This document shows, piece by piece, positions 36,352-50,005 of a DNA stretch of 64,000 nt. The position numbers were made by a program, and so were the translations under genes. The notes under the pieces are model-generated. The model saw nothing but the letters and a program-made list of their open reading frames with translations, was not told the DNA's origin and made no database searches. Position 1 is the stretch's first letter, and the number at the start of each line of letters is the position of its first letter. Origin of the DNA: Psammoneis japonica (taxonomy: Eukaryota); contig QPGO01000259.1 in NCBI GenBank assembly GCA_008632985.1, forward strand, positions 1 through 64,000. Direction: 5' to 3'.

Positions 36352-37611
36352 ATGCAGGACTTTTTATCTGAGAAGAGAGGCAACAGCATGAACCTCTTTT
36401 CAAGAATCGTTGCCTTTTGCTGTCTATTCGCGCTTGTGGTGGGGGTATATCTGACCCGGTCCCAAGAAGACTTGCGACTGCGACTACACCTGCGATCGTT
36501 TCGAACCCAAAGTGATGAAAGGGAAGATGTTTCGGTTTCTATTGAGAATGTGACTTCCAGCCCGCTTTCTCCTCCCGGTGCTGCTCCCAGGTCGCGTACC
36601 AACGTATCACATTCAAACCCCAGTCCGACCATCTCGCCTACAAGTCTTAAACCCACGAATCTCATTGTCGTCGAAGAGACGCAGACAACAACAACAACAA
36701 CAACAACCCCATCCCCAATCAAAACACCTTCTCGACCAACACCAGAATGGCTCGAGCTGTGTATCGCAGAGGTGAAAAACGACAAGAATCTGTACAAACC
36801 CTTTGCCGGCGTTCTCAAGCGTGGTGCCAATGGGAGTCCCCGTGATCCTCCGTTCAAGGGGAAAAGCTTTCAGGGAAATATATATCGTCTGGGCGACTGT
36901 ATTAGACAGTGCTCCACCTGCAACAATACGCTATTGGACGAGAATGGTGGCTATTTGCCCAACTTGACGTCTTCGGACACCATAGCTGGCATGTACGGGG
37001 ACATGGCTGAATGCAGCAAGCCAAATCAATCGAGAATTGAAGAACAACAAAGCAAAGAAAATTTCGACGTCGTCGAGCAAATCTTTCATATCATCGAGGA
37101 AGAAAAACGACCCGGTTTCCACAAACCAGGGTCGGATGATTTGGTGATTCATTTACGGCTCGGGGATGTTATTGAATACTCCAAGCAACTCGACCAAAGC
37201 ACTAAAGCCAATGCTTCTTATTTGCTGATACATGGCGGCCACAGTAATCATCCGAATTATGGCCTAGTCAAGACTATTTTCAGTGTCTACGACTACATTG
37301 ACATGTTCGAAAATACCACGGATTCTGGCAACGACATCAAAACCATCCAGCTCATGGGGGGCTCCCACAGAGCAGAAATGTGGCAACAGAGTAAACTTTA
37401 TGCGCACTGTCTCTCCAGAGGACTCGCAGAGGCAGGATACCATGTGAAAATGCAAATCGAAGGAAAACACCCCGATCAAGACTTTTATTTCATGGCGCAT
37501 GCGGCGAGATTCGTACTCAGCACGGGCGGTTTTTCAGAAATGATTGGCAAGATGGTCATTCGTTTCGGAGGACAACTCTTGGGCGCCCAAAACCTGAAAA
37601 ATCCAGAGTGA
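36352..37611 (+). CDS. Type II membrane glycosyltransferase, fucosyltransferase (GT11/GT23)-like
   Basis: N-terminal TM helix, S/T/P stem, LVIHLRLGDV (HxRxGD) and PDQDFYFM..A..FV.STGGFS motifs; intact ORF with normal Tyr content. Confidence 0.8.
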   Translation: MQDFLSEKRGNSMNLFSRIVAFCCLFALVVGVYLTRSQEDLRLRLHLRSFRTQSDEREDVSVSIENVTSSPLSPPGAAPRSRTNVSHSNPSPTISPTSLKPTNLIVVEETQTTTTTTTTPSPIKTPSRPTPEWLELCIAEVKNDKNLYKPFAGVLKRGANGSPRDPPFKGKSFQGNIYRLGDCIRQCSTCNNTLLDENGGYLPNLTSSDTIAGMYGDMAECSKPNQSRIEEQQSKENFDVVEQIFHIIEEEKRPGFHKPGSDDLVIHLRLGDVIEYSKQLDQSTKANASYLLIHGGHSNHPNYGLVKTIFSVYDYIDMFENTTDSGNDIKTIQLMGGSHRAEMWQQSKLYAHCLSRGLAEAGYHVKMQIEGKHPDQDFYFMAHAARFVLSTGGFSEMIGKMVIRFGGQLLGAQNLKNPE

Positions 37612-37859
37612 GCGTGGCCCCACTAGCTGGACATTGATTGCCCAGAAGGTAGATTCGAAATCGGCAACTGGTGCTTTGTTCCTCGAACTCGATGTCTTGC
37701 CGAATGTTCAATCAAAATCGGCCCATCTAAATAAAGTCACAACAGTGTCAATCTTTTCATACAAAATGTTGTTCTGACATCATTCAAAGTTGCTTGTCTA
37801 TCCCGGCATTCTGCATTGCGAATTGCCCAAGGTTTGAACTGGCTGTCTTGCATTGAATT

Positions 37860-40750
37860 ATGGGGTCACTCAGCTTTGTCATGCTCCTTTTCCGTTTTCA
37901 TCATGCATCTCCACATGAAATCGCAGCCCGCAGTGTCGCACCTGGTTTGAATGGGAGAATGTGTGTGACTTGAATCATCTGCCGGCATGGTTCCAACTTC
38001 GCACTGAAAGACCCCATCATGCCAACACATGCAAAATTGGACGTTAAAAACAAACTTTGTGCCGACCGCACTCATCACCAATCACTCATCAACTCAAAAC
38101 AAGACTGCCAACAATGACAAGAAGCAGCAGATGAAGAGCAAATGGCACATGGTGCCACAGCCAATGTGGTGACATGGTGAGTCTGGGTAAAACAGAGGAT
38201 TGTGCGTTCTTCAGCACTCATCAAAATTGTCAGTTGGCAGTGATCACTAACTGAAAATGCAAAATTGCGCTCTTTTGTCTTGCAGGTGTGGGCTGAGGCA
38301 CAGAATGGGTCGAATTTGTCAAGTCATGCCTGACAAGAGAGCGGGTCTCATTTGACAAATGGTCCAAGAAAGTGAGTGTGCAAATGGCACCAGTGTGGAA
38401 GGCATGAAAACATCTTCTCTGGAAGCAATGTGTGTGCACCGCATGGACTGGTTCATTTGATGATTTGTTGTCACTCTTGCACTGCATTTGTGCGGGGACA
38501 CATTTTGCTTCACAATGTTTTTTGGAGGAATTCACAGTTGGGAGAAGGACAGAAAAAGCAAAAACAAAGCTTGCAGATTTTGAACACCTGGAGAGCCCCC
38601 CTTTGACAGGTCCCCTTTGGTGGCCAGTTCCAACAAAATGCTTGGAAGCAAACCAGAGTGCAATCACATCTCTTCCACTCTGATTTGTGAGTTTTTCAAC
38701 AACAAGCAATCCAGGAAAAAACACTGTCAAAGTTTGTCCCTGAACAAATGTTGAAGTCTGTTGTTGATTTCTGCACTGAACTCAGTCATGTGGAGCCACT
38801 CAAGCCAGAGGCAGGATGTGGATGTTGTCAACCAGGAACCACCAACAACTCATCCATCTGGTCTGTTTTGTCTCAGGCCCACATGGGTGTGCAACACAAC
38901 CTCTTTTGGTTTGACAAAGTGTGCGATGCAAGTCATTCTGTGTGAAAGGCCTGCCAGCATGAGTGCTGCAGGCTCTGCTTCGCCACAATGGAAAAACCAA
39001 AGTTGAGCAAGCACATTTGTGCCAACCATTTGCAGGTGGGGCCAGATGACCAAGTGCTTGCATGGGCACTGCAGACAAATGTTGCTGCATCAGAAACTGC
39101 TCTGTGAAAAAAACATGATGTGTGCTGAGTGCCTGCCAAAACAAGTCCATTGCCAATTGACCCAAAGGCCCTGATTGCACACCTGATGGGACAGCTGCAT
39201 CTTTTGCAAACACAATGGAGAGCTGGAAGTCACTCAATTTTGAAAGCAAAACCCTTGTGTTCTTTCCAACATCAGCTCCAAATTCAAGCATGCATTTGTT
39301 GAAAAAAGTTCATGTTTTGAGACATTGCACCACAAAACATCACCAATTTGCATGAGGACAGAGAGTTTCCAAGTCGAGCGTGAACTCAAATGTTTTGGAT
39401 CCAAGATTTGCATGCCTGCCATTGATCTTGCATGGCAACATCATTTGATGCATCAACAAAGAATTGCTGTAAATCGCAATTTCTTTGTCAACTCATTTTG
39501 GCAGCTCTGCAAATTGCTGTTTTCTGACATGTCTCAACATGTTTTTTCAATGATTTGTTGAACGGCTGAGACCTTCTTGTTGAGCAAGATGCAACAGAGT
39601 GCAGTTTTGTTGTTGTCGTGATGTGCAAACAACATGAAGAATCATGCATCAAAATTTTGCAAGACATCCAGAAACTTGGAGGTCTTTCTGCAAGAAGTTG
39701 GAGCCACAGAATCCTTGTGGCTGAGTTTTGCCACTCTCAGTGTGCTCAGTGAACAAGCCAAGGACATTGCCAGTTTTGTGTGCACTGCGTTGTTCAATGT
39801 TCTGCCATCCAAAGAGTCACGCCAGTCATTGACACATGTGAAGATGCTGGTTGACATGAGAGACCCTTTGCAGACAACCAAGACATGGGAAAGCTGACAA
39901 AATCTACTTGACACATCTTTTGCCATGGGCAAGACTGGACTGACACACAAGTGGCAGCATTGGCTTGAGAGTCCATTGGAGGCAAAGCACTTGCCAAATG
40001 AAATCTCAACTGGAGAGGACCTGTTGGCAGAGCTCAAGATTGTGGGCCAGCATCATGATTGGATTGTGATTAAAAAGGGTCAACACCAAAGGGAGCTGCA
40101 ACCACACAAAAAACAATTGCAGTCACAGGACACATGGGCCCACAAGAGTCACCAACCAATCTCTGCAAACTCACTCACAACATTCAGTGTTTGGAGCAGC
40201 ACTTGAAAAATGTGTTCATGAGCTTGAGCTTGACACTTTTTTGTTTGTTTGCACTCTGTGGTGTCTGTGGAACGTGGCTGGCACATTGTCTTTTCCACTC
40301 TCTTGTCCAAGGATGACAGCCATTGTCTCAGTTTTCAAAAGGAAGCAGAGGCTTTCAAGGCCCAACTTGATTTGGAAAAGTGGATTGGATTGCCTTTTGG
40401 AAACACATGATGCAAGGACAAGCCAGCATGGTTTTAGATGCTGCTGTTTGTGTGGTGTCAGTGTGCGGTGGTGGCGTGAGTGTGGCCTTCTTTCTGCCAA
40501 GAGGAGCTTCAGCAGCTCTGTGTGGAAGAGACAAGGAACAACTTGATTGGAAAACATGGAACAACTTTGCACAAGTTTGAATGCCTTGGCTTTCTTTGCC
40601 GGAAGGAGAGCAAGAGGTGAACTTGATCCATGATGAGCTCGAGTCGATCGGGAGTTTCCAGTGACAATCCACATGGGATTTTGCCACACTGTTGGCTCAG
40701 TCCAGGCACACAAACACCTGGCATGCAGTCAGTTTGTTCCTTTTGCCTCT
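37860..40750. other. TpA- and CpG-depleted block of old unclassified repeat-derived sequence
   Basis: Both TA and CG are rare; only fragmentary ORFs. Confidence 0.55.
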
Positions 40751-40996
40751 CTAGCAGGCCTAACACAGTAGAACATTGAGAAAGTGCTGTGCAAACAGGA
40801 TGATGATGGGAATCGGACCCGTCATGCTTTCACGCGTCTACGGTGCGGCATTGGCGTTCCACGAAAAAGTGCCAAGTCGCAGCTCCAGATTCTACATTGA
40901 GATTCTCTATTCGAAATGTGGGTAATCGCCGATGTCGACGAGAAACCTTCGAGTTGTACTCTAACGACGAAGCTTGCATCATACATTTTGTTCTCT

Positions 40997-42766
40997 TTAG
41001 AGTGTCTGTGCTGCTAGTATTTTTCGCCTTGCTCCCGAATCAAGCTCTTTTTGGATCATGTCTGCAGGTATTCCAGCCAACGTTTTGGCCTTTACCCATT
41101 CAAAGGCTCGGTCGTGTAGATCGCTCGAGCAGACACAGCCGACATTGCCGACAGCAAGCTCCTCATTGAGCGCATTCACTTGATCCAAACCATCATGACA
41201 TGTCAGTAGAGCACACACTCGATTATTCTCCTGCACAATTCCTCTTTCTAGATATTGTCGAATGGTGTTGACCGTGTCTGCACTCGATCTCTCATAAACA
41301 AGCATGGGTGGCATTGTTGTCTTATTGTTGAGATGAGATGTCTCGGATCGATCCATCACGTTATATCCGTGTTTTTTCAACTCTTGTTTTATGGATTGAA
41401 ACCAAATTTTTGAAGGAGTCTCCAGAATCACGGGACGCTCTTGTACTGTATTCTTTGTTTTTGGACTACCATCACCTGATTCTTCTTCGTCGTCGTCGTA
41501 TGCTTGTTCAAGCCAAGCCAAAATGGCATGCAAACACAACGTCCGTGCATCAATGATAATGTCCGCTAGCCCTAGCTCTTCTACTTGTTGACGAACACTT
41601 GTTTGTCGTCCTCCACCACTTTCGAGAAGGACGGTTGGATCGACCAGTACGATACGTTGTACTTGTATGGGGCGTTGTTCTTTGGTGCCTTGTTCTGCGA
41701 GTTGCTTTAAACAACGAAATCCCTGTGCCATTTCCTTGAGATCCAAATCTAAATCTTCTGCAATAATCGGAGTGTCCATAATGTCCATACCCAAAAATGC
41801 GGCTAGAGCATTCTTCTTCATTGTGCCCCTTTTGGAATATCGCAATCTATTCCACAGTTGCCGTGTATTTGTTTTGTGCTCGAAATCGCCTTCTTGCGAA
41901 AAAACGAGTGAACCATGGTGTTGTAAGGATAGAGCACTTTCATCTCCACTGGTGGCATCGGCTTCCAAATACAACAATTGTTGTCCATTAACAGAGTATA
42001 ACCAAGACTTTGGAATCTTCATGCCTTGCCATGAAGTATCCTTGCTATACTGACCATCATTGACCTGCCAGTACATTGGTACATTGTTACTTGTGGTAGC
42101 ATATTTGGCAATCATGCCTTGTACAAGAGACGCATCTTCGTAGATGGGCCAAAAGTGTCGTGGCCCTCGTCGATGCAATGATAATTCCGTCACGTCCGAT
42201 CGTGCTCCGGCTAATCGAATGGTACAACAACAACTTTCTGATGTTGCAAATGGGGGCTCACGTCCCAAGCGAATCCGTTCGGCATATTCCTTGTTGGCTC
42301 GGTGCCACACGGACGTTAGCACCACCACATTCGATAACACCATGGAGCCCGCTACCGCTCCTCGTAGAGCACACAGTATGCGGGCATAAAGAGCTCGATG
42401 AGGTGGTAAGGTTTCATATAACCAGGTATGATTTGTCGGATGATTCTTCATTTGTTTCGATAGATAGCGAGAAGATGCCACGATATTTTGTGGAGCCTGT
42501 GTTGCCCAAATGAGACTCGGAATGATGTTATAAACAGCATAACGTGCAATAAAACGAAATCTTGTAGTCAACGAATGCTGTGGCTGTGGTTGTAGATGCA
42601 AAGATCCTTCCAACGCGGCAATCATTCCAACGGTTGTGCTTCCAACACTGACGGCCGACAGAACAGGCAGCTCGTCTGTACTCCCTGTGAGTCGATCCAC
42701 AGCATATCCAGCAATGCGACATGCAATATGCAACTTGGATGGCTCATTCATATCATCTCGAGGCAT
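40997..42766 (-). CDS. Hypothetical protein, 589 aa
   Basis: Long uninterrupted ATG-TAA ORF with ordinary composition; no domain recognised. Confidence 0.85.
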   Translation of the reverse strand: MPRDDMNEPSKLHIACRIAGYAVDRLTGSTDELPVLSAVSVGSTTVGMIAALEGSLHLQPQPQHSLTTRFRFIARYAVYNIIPSLIWATQAPQNIVASSRYLSKQMKNHPTNHTWLYETLPPHRALYARILCALRGAVAGSMVLSNVVVLTSVWHRANKEYAERIRLGREPPFATSESCCCTIRLAGARSDVTELSLHRRGPRHFWPIYEDASLVQGMIAKYATTSNNVPMYWQVNDGQYSKDTSWQGMKIPKSWLYSVNGQQLLYLEADATSGDESALSLQHHGSLVFSQEGDFEHKTNTRQLWNRLRYSKRGTMKKNALAAFLGMDIMDTPIIAEDLDLDLKEMAQGFRCLKQLAEQGTKEQRPIQVQRIVLVDPTVLLESGGGRQTSVRQQVEELGLADIIIDARTLCLHAILAWLEQAYDDDEEESGDGSPKTKNTVQERPVILETPSKIWFQSIKQELKKHGYNVMDRSETSHLNNKTTMPPMLVYERSSADTVNTIRQYLERGIVQENNRVCALLTCHDGLDQVNALNEELAVGNVGCVCSSDLHDRAFEWVKAKTLAGIPADMIQKELDSGARRKILAAQTL

Positions 42767-44059
42767 TGTTTCTTTTTTTTAATCGTCATGGTGTGTACAG
42801 TACCGGCATCGGCATGTGCGTTGGCTATGTCATACTGGGCGGGTGCATTGCTGTGTCTGCCTGTCCGTCTGTCTCTCTCTCTCTCTGTCTCTCTCTGCGT
42901 TCATCATGTGAGTCTTCCAGAGTTTTTTCGCAAGCGCTCCAACAACAACACCTGCGAGGACTCCCACACTGCCAGCATCATTGTCATCAACTATGTCACA
43001 AATTGTGTCAATGCCAACACCACCTAATTCAATGTTTCCAACTCTAAGGCCAGTCACTGTGATGCCACCTGCGCCAACGATGACGCCATCAACAACGACG
43101 AGGCCGACACCCGCACCAAAACAAACGCCGCCAAGCCGAGTCCACATCTCACTCTGACCCAGGACATGCCAAGTCACACACAGACACCCACCCAGAACTG
43201 CCTGCTTAGACTGGAGTGCCACATGCTCCAACAAAAAATGCTGCCTGCTCTCCAATGCCACCAACTGAGTTGACGGCGCTGCTCACAACACCAAAGACTG
43301 TGATGCCGCCAGCGACATCGATGCCACTCATGATGCCAATCATGCTGCACCAAGTCTCCTGCACAATCACCCACCTGCTCCAACTGCAACACAGCACATG
43401 CCAACACAAATGCCACCTGCTCCATCCAACTGCGCCGTGCGTGACTGGATGTTGCCGGCTGCTCCGCCAGCGCCAAAACTGCATTGCCGCCTGCTTCAAC
43501 AACACCGTCAATGATCCACCTGTGTGCGCCACATCAAAGACCACAACAACAAAATGTTGCAAATGTTGCACAAATGATGCAGCTGCCCCTTGTGATCATT
43601 TTGCTGAAAGGGCCAGCTTTCATCAATGGGGAGGTGTGATGACAGCATTGAAAAGAAAAAAATGTGAGGCAAGCATGTGAGATTTGAAAAGATGAAAAGG
43701 TTGTGAGATGAGTCCACATGATGTCTTGTGGGATTTTCCTGCAGCTGGCTGACAAACAGGCAATGTGCCAGGCCTGTGGCTGCTGCGCTCCCTTTCACAT
43801 GGTGGCCCCACTCCCAACTGGGAGGTTCTCAAGTGGTGCGGAAGATGACAGGAAGCAACATCCCATGCATTGCCATTTGAGTGCAAAACAACATCATCCC
43901 CTGCAGGGAGAGAAAACACACTGTGCATGGCAAGAAGGCTCAAGCCAAAACAGATCTGCTGGAAATGACAACACATCCAAGCAGGGCAAGGGGGGGGGGG
44001 GGGCGGTGTCATGCACATGGGCCCATGTGTGTCTTTTTCACAACACAAAATGACGGAGG

Positions 44060-45950
44060 CAGCCAAGCTCTGGGTGGGAATTTTCAGGACACAAGTGTCC
44101 TGAAAGCCTGTGCTCGAGCTCTTTTTGGGCTGACATTGGAGCATCAATCACCGTCTTGGTGTGCTCAGACAAAGAGATTGTGTGGAGGCACAAGAGACCA
44201 GTCCTTTGCAAACTCACCAACGACATGTGCCTCATCTTTTGTGGCCAAGATGATGAGACTGGTGTGCCTGTTGGCCAGAAAGTCCCTGTGGCTGTGACGA
44301 CTCATCAGTCAATGTCAAATGTTTGGTCATTGTCCATGACCCATGTGACATTGACTCAGCACCCGATGACCCCAGAGGTGCAAGGAGCACCGCTGCACCA
44401 GCTGACACACTGGTTGTTGCGCCGATCATGGCTGGCGGTCGGAGAGCTCGGTGCATGATCCATCACCCACCAACTCAATGTCACTAAAAATGCTGGGGGC
44501 TCTCTTTTCAGTGGCGGGCCAAGTGGCAATGGCTGCGTTGCTGTCACAGTGCGCGATGTCACCCTGCACCCATCAACGGACCTTCATCATTCTGAGTGCC
44601 CACATGAACTTTTGAAGGATGATGCAAGGGCAGCTCATGTGCAACATCCAGTTGCTCACAAGAGTCAATGCATCACGGTCACAGTGGAGTGGTTCATTGC
44701 GCAACCATCAGGCAGAAGGCCAGGGGTTCGAAACCCTGAGTGGGAGTTGTCTGCAGCAACGTTGACCACTGTCGAACGCGCAAAACTCCACACAAGTTCT
44801 GCACGTTCCTTCGCACACACTGCACCCACACTGTTCGGCCAAACATGTTCAGTGTCACAAGAGTTGATGCATCACGGCAACGTGTTGCAGTTTAAATGTC
44901 ACAAAGGTCGTGACAAAAACAACCTTTTGTCTGCATGCATGCTGTGCATGGAGACGATGAGTCTGCCGAACAACCAACCAACACAAGCACTGGCTCCAGA
45001 GATGATGTCATGCTGGGTTCTTGCATTCTTGTTTTTGTTGAGTGTGGTGGTGGACTGGATCACAATCTGACTTTTGTGACAAACCAAGCTGCTCTCTTTG
45101 CATCATTTCTGGCGGGAAACATGGACAAGCTCATTGCAACAAGAGGTTGCCGGGGCCGCAGCTGAGTGAGCAACATCTGTCCTCAACCTCAGCCTTGCCA
45201 ATTGTGCAATCTGCGCTGAACCTGATGCACCCAAGCTTCAGCTGGAAGAAGTTTTGCCAGGGAATTCATCCATGAAAGCTGTGCAAGCCACTGTGAAACA
45301 ATGCAGTGTTGAGATCCCAAAGGCCGTTCAAGTGTGGGAGTGCAGACAAGGGCCAATTGAGCCCAATGAGTCAGATGCCAGATGTGACAATGATTTGTTG
45401 GATGGCAGTGACATGGACAATGATGCTTCAGAGGATGTTCCCAGCAACATCTGCAAGTTCTTTCCTCGGTGTAGTTGGTGCAGTGGCAAGGTCTCTGAGA
45501 GCAATCGAAGTGTCACATTTCAAGATGGTGAGTGCAAAAATTGGTCACCTCCAGAGAGATCACTGCCAATGCAAATGATGCCAGCATTCCTGCTGGAGAT
45601 GTTGGCTTCAGATTTGCAAGAAAGTTCCATGGTGGTGGAGTGTTCAGTGGCAAGGCAGTTGAGAGCATGTGGACAGACAAGAAGAAGTGTGCATTTGATG
45701 AAAATGACAATGCAAGGGAGCACACGTTGGCACAGCTTGAGCCATGCTCTGAGCTCTGCTTTGCACCAAGTGGCAGCAATGAACCAGACAGCAGCGGCAG
45801 CAGCAGCAGCAATGAGGAGAACACTGTCAAAGAACAGGCAGATGCTGCCAAGAAAGACGCGGTTGGCGATGATCTCATCAGTGATGAGGAGGGACCGGTG
45901 CCCACTGATGAGATGAGAAGAGCCGAGACATTGGAGGAAAGAATCCAATT
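44060..45950 (+). mobile_element. Degraded DDE transposase (Zator/TP36-like) followed by two Tudor-like segments
   Basis: GQDDETGVPVG (~44250), CADHGW (~44420), SLFSG..G.VAVTVRD..LHPS, GGGLDHNLTF..NQAALFASFL (~45045), AE*ATSVLNLSLAN (~45165); then KFFPRCSWCSGKV..VTFQDG and RKFHGGGVFSGKAV; family assignment from motif recall only. Confidence 0.5.
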
Positions 45951-47323
45951 TTGGTCTGCAGGGGATGCTTTGACCCCAACATAAAAAACCCAACCTCAGG
46001 GGGGGGGATGCCAATGAGTCTGAGAAGAAGAAGCAGAAAGAACAAAAAAAAGACAAAAACAGCTGGAGAATGCAGAGTGGCCCAAGGAAGGCAAAAAGCC
46101 CTCCAGACAAGGTGCTCAGAAAGGGTGGTGAAAATGGTTGGTGCATGTGTCATCTGATGAAGAAGTGCAGTGCCACATTCTACAGCAGCAGCACTTGAAG
46201 AACACCATCATGGCATTGTGCCATCATGCTTCATTCTCGCATGGTCTCACTTTGAGGAAAAGCAGTGCACTGCACTGCATTGTCTGTCATTTGCTCAGCT
46301 GCAGAGCCCTGCTCTCTGCACATCACAAGTTTTGGATTCTGATTGGGAAATAAAAAATGGGGCATCAGTGTGATGCTGGCATGCTTTGTCTGAGGATGGG
46401 AAAGCACCAAGACCATGTCAGATGATGCTGCCTGCCACTGCAGTTTCACAAAACGGGGTTGTTTTGCAGATTTTGTCGACAGGGGGTGAGAGTGGGGTGA
46501 GGGCATGCGCCCAACACTTGGAGTTAATTCAGTGTGCCCTCACTCATGGAGGCTCATGAGACTCAACCAAAACACATGAGGGAAAAGGAAAGGCAACAAG
46601 ATGACAACCAAGGTTGTCAGAAATGAGAAACAAAAACATTGATCTCGCCTCCTCCGAGATCTTGATTTGGCATGTGTTGTTGGATCCTCTCTGCGCCGTG
46701 TTGTTTTTGTCAACCCGGGCTTGTGACTGCACCCCATTGGTGTTGTTGTTTGTGAAAGAAGGTGCTTCAGGTGCTTCTAAATTGGCACTGCCATTTCCCT
46801 GACCCAGCGGCACAGACAGCTCCAGACAGTGGCAAGATTCCTCAATGGAAGCACGATGAGTCGTGGTGACTCCAGACTCTTTCCATCTTCAAAATGAGCC
46901 ATGTGTTGAGTCATCGGACCGGTTCTTCTTTTCATTTTGAACAAGTTCACAGAGGGCATTGTTCCTCTGCAACTTGCTCACTGTGACCAAGTTCCAAGTG
47001 AGACAGGTGATTTGTCATTGGCCTGAATCCAAGCTTCAATGGTTGGACGTTTGCACAAACATCCATCAGGATCAATCACTGGATCAGCAACAATTTCAAG
47101 TGCAGCGGGACAATGAAACAACTGGTGCAATGGCTCTTCCCCCCCATGAGGCGACGTCCCTGTTGCATTGATTTGCTTTTTTGAGCATGCATGCTTTCTG
47201 CTGTTTCATGCTCAAAGATGTCCTTGAGGGCTCGATTTGGGCAACAAATGGCAGTGCTTTTGCTCTCTTCTTGGTCAACCGCAGTCTGATCATGTGAATC
47301 TCTTGCTGCATTGACGACTGTTT

Positions 47324-47860
47324 GCACACCTCACACCCCTCGAGTTCCATGTCTCAATGTGTGGCTTTGGCTGCTGGTGTCTAAAAAAGCACAGTCATGA
47401 CCATGGCCTTGCTTGCATTTGGCTCATCACATGGTTGGCTGCACATGAGTCTTGGCCCCTCTGCCAATTTTCATGAGCACCACATCTTTTGAAGCTGAAG
47501 TGCTGCTTGGAGAACCTCACAAAAAAGAATTTTTTTGTGGCCACCCCACACAAGAGGCAGACATTGCAAGCACCAACATCAGATTTCTTCTCTCCTTTGT
47601 CAGCGAGCATCAAGAGCCCTTTGTCAAAAGCATCCTGTTGTTCGCACACCTCACACCCCTTGAGTTCCATGTCTCAATGTGTGTGGCCTTGGTTGCTGTC
47701 TAAAAAAAGAACAGTCACAACCATGGCCTTGCTTGCATTTGGTTCATCACTTGGTTGGTTGCACATGGGTCTTTTTCCCTCTGCCAATTTTCATGAGCAC
47801 CACATCTTTTGAAGCTGAAGTGCCGCTTGGAGAACCTGACGAGAGAGAACTGTTTGTGGC
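47324..47860. repeat. ~200-bp direct repeat, 320-bp offset
   Basis: 47324-47520 aligns to 47644-47840. Confidence 0.9.
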
Positions 47861-48334
47861 CACCAACACAAGAGGTGGATCTTGCAAGCAACAAGGCATT
47901 GTGAAGGACATTGAGAGACACAGACAACAACCAATGCTTTCTTCTTTTTCAAGGAAGCTGACACCTTTCTTTTGACATGTGGCAATGGAGAGACTCTGTC
48001 GGACGCAAGCCAAACAGACAAAGGCTTGCCCTGGAGATGCTGTGCTTTCGGAGCAGACATAGACGTCCACTTGTTGTCAGTTCTCACAACATGGGAAGAC
48101 GTCGCGTTCTCTCCCTGCGTGATTTCAATGATGTCAGCCGCATGAGCAACAAGAATCCGCATGGGTGGATTTTGAAGGCATGATTGAGGCAGCACGTCCC
48201 ACTCTAGTTTCGTCAAAGTCAAAGGGTTCATTATTACATCAGACTCCAAGAGTAAAACATAGTAATGACAAAATGCAAGTTCTCTCTATTATTATAGCTT
48301 CTTCTCGAATATGTGTCGTCTGTTTTTTTTTCTC

Positions 48335-50005
48335 TTAAACCTCAGGCATGACAAGTTCCCAGCTACTTCTGCAAAAAACAGCATCCGACAGTTTGGCACT
48401 TTGTTGGGTATAATGCTTTCGCAGGTATCGAAATGTCTTTTGATTGGGTAGTCGCAATATTTCCGCCGATTCTCCATTCACGGCCTCCATGACATCGTGA
48501 CTTAGAATGATTTCTTCTCCATAAACTTCCATGGCAATGTCGTCTCGTACTTTGTAGTGTGACTCTCCCTCGGCAATGGGCAATCCACTGAAAAAGCAAA
48601 ACTTGATAAAGAGTCTCCAACAATGCGGGGATCGTACTTGAATGGGGAGTGTTTCAAATTGTTGTGGATACAAGTCAGCCATTTCCTGTAACAAGTCCTC
48701 GTCGGGATCGGGCAAGTGTTGCAACAAGTAATCCCGATCCAATCCCCAATTGGGATCCAAATCTTCTTCGACAATGGACAAACTCATATCGTCCATGGAG
48801 GAAACGCGTGAACCGGCACGTGATGTCGTATTGAGCGATTGTGTCGTACGCAATCTCTTGATGATACCCAGCTTGGCAGCAATGTCTGCCTTGTTGTTGT
48901 TTCCAACCACTACACCAATCGAAGATTCCTTCGAGGTTGATCGTAACAAGGATGTTGGTGGACCATCACCATTACTCTTGGATGCGTTGCTAGAGTGCGA
49001 GTGTCTACGTTGCTGTTGCGGCGCAACACCACACGACTTTGGTAATCCGAGTGCACTGGGAAGACAAAACACCACCAGTGTTCGTAATCCCTGTTGTACA
49101 CTCCCGGCATAGAAGGGTGTACCACCCAAAATGAGTTTACCCGTAAAGTAACATCGTCGATTCCCACCACGTCCTGAATTACCACGATGATGTTTCCCAA
49201 CGGCATAGTAAGCCATGCGACGATTTTCGGCAACCTTTGTAGTGGCTTCGCCATAGGAAGACTTCATGGTGAGTTCCGATATACTGCGTTCAATATCCGT
49301 TGTATCCGAAGCAACTTCGAGAGTCGCAAGAGGCATGATTACTTCTGTCTTGGATGCTTCTTGTTTTAATTTCTTTTCCGGCGTGTCGTTGTCGTCTTCG
49401 TTCGGCTGGAGACGAAGAAGCAGAAGCTGCTGATTGAGTATGATTCAGCTCAGGATGATGATGCATGGAGGTGGTTGTGACGGACGACGATGACATTTTT
49501 CCGTCGGCTTGTTGTTTGTATTGGAAGCAAAGAAACAGGATTGTTCCAATGCACTTGCACACGGAGTGCAAAGCGTATCCGTAAATCCTCGTGTACTCAT
49601 CAGAGAATCTCGTTTGGTAAGAGCCTCGTCCTTTCCATCTGCTTCTGAAAAACCCATCATGGCAGCTGCATTCTCCAGAAACCGTCCCATGACACCCGGT
49701 GACGACGTTGTTGATGTTTTCGTTACAGTCTCTCCCGGTAGCATATCATCATCCGAATTATGTGTCGATGGAGTTTTGGTAGTAGTGTTTCCTTTTGTAG
49801 TAGTAGCCTGCTGCAAGAGCAGTTTTTTCCTTGAAGTATCGTCCGAGTCCATGCTATGAGAAGGACCCCAATCAATATTGCCTGATTTGCTTTTGCCTGC
49901 TTCTTGTAGTATAGCTTTTCGTTTTTTCGATTCGTCAATCGGTGTCACATGATTCGAACTTGGGGAAGATAGGGATTTGAACGCCTTGAGAGCTGCCGAG
50001 GCCAT
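48335..50005 (-). CDS. Hypothetical protein: low-complexity N-terminus and a C-terminal domain with two CxF(T/S)Gx(L/P)I repeats; junction at ~49400-49500 unresolved (intron or indels)
   Basis: ORFs 50005-49445 and 49336-48335 are in the same frame, separated by a single TGA; RRCYFTGKLI and KFCFFSGLPI motifs; normal TA content. Confidence 0.75.

Noticed and set aside
47390..47725. Reciprocal TG vs CA difference (AGTCATGACC / AGTCACAACC) as proof of TA conversion
   Set aside because: An ancestral CG would give the same pattern; uninformative without an outgroup
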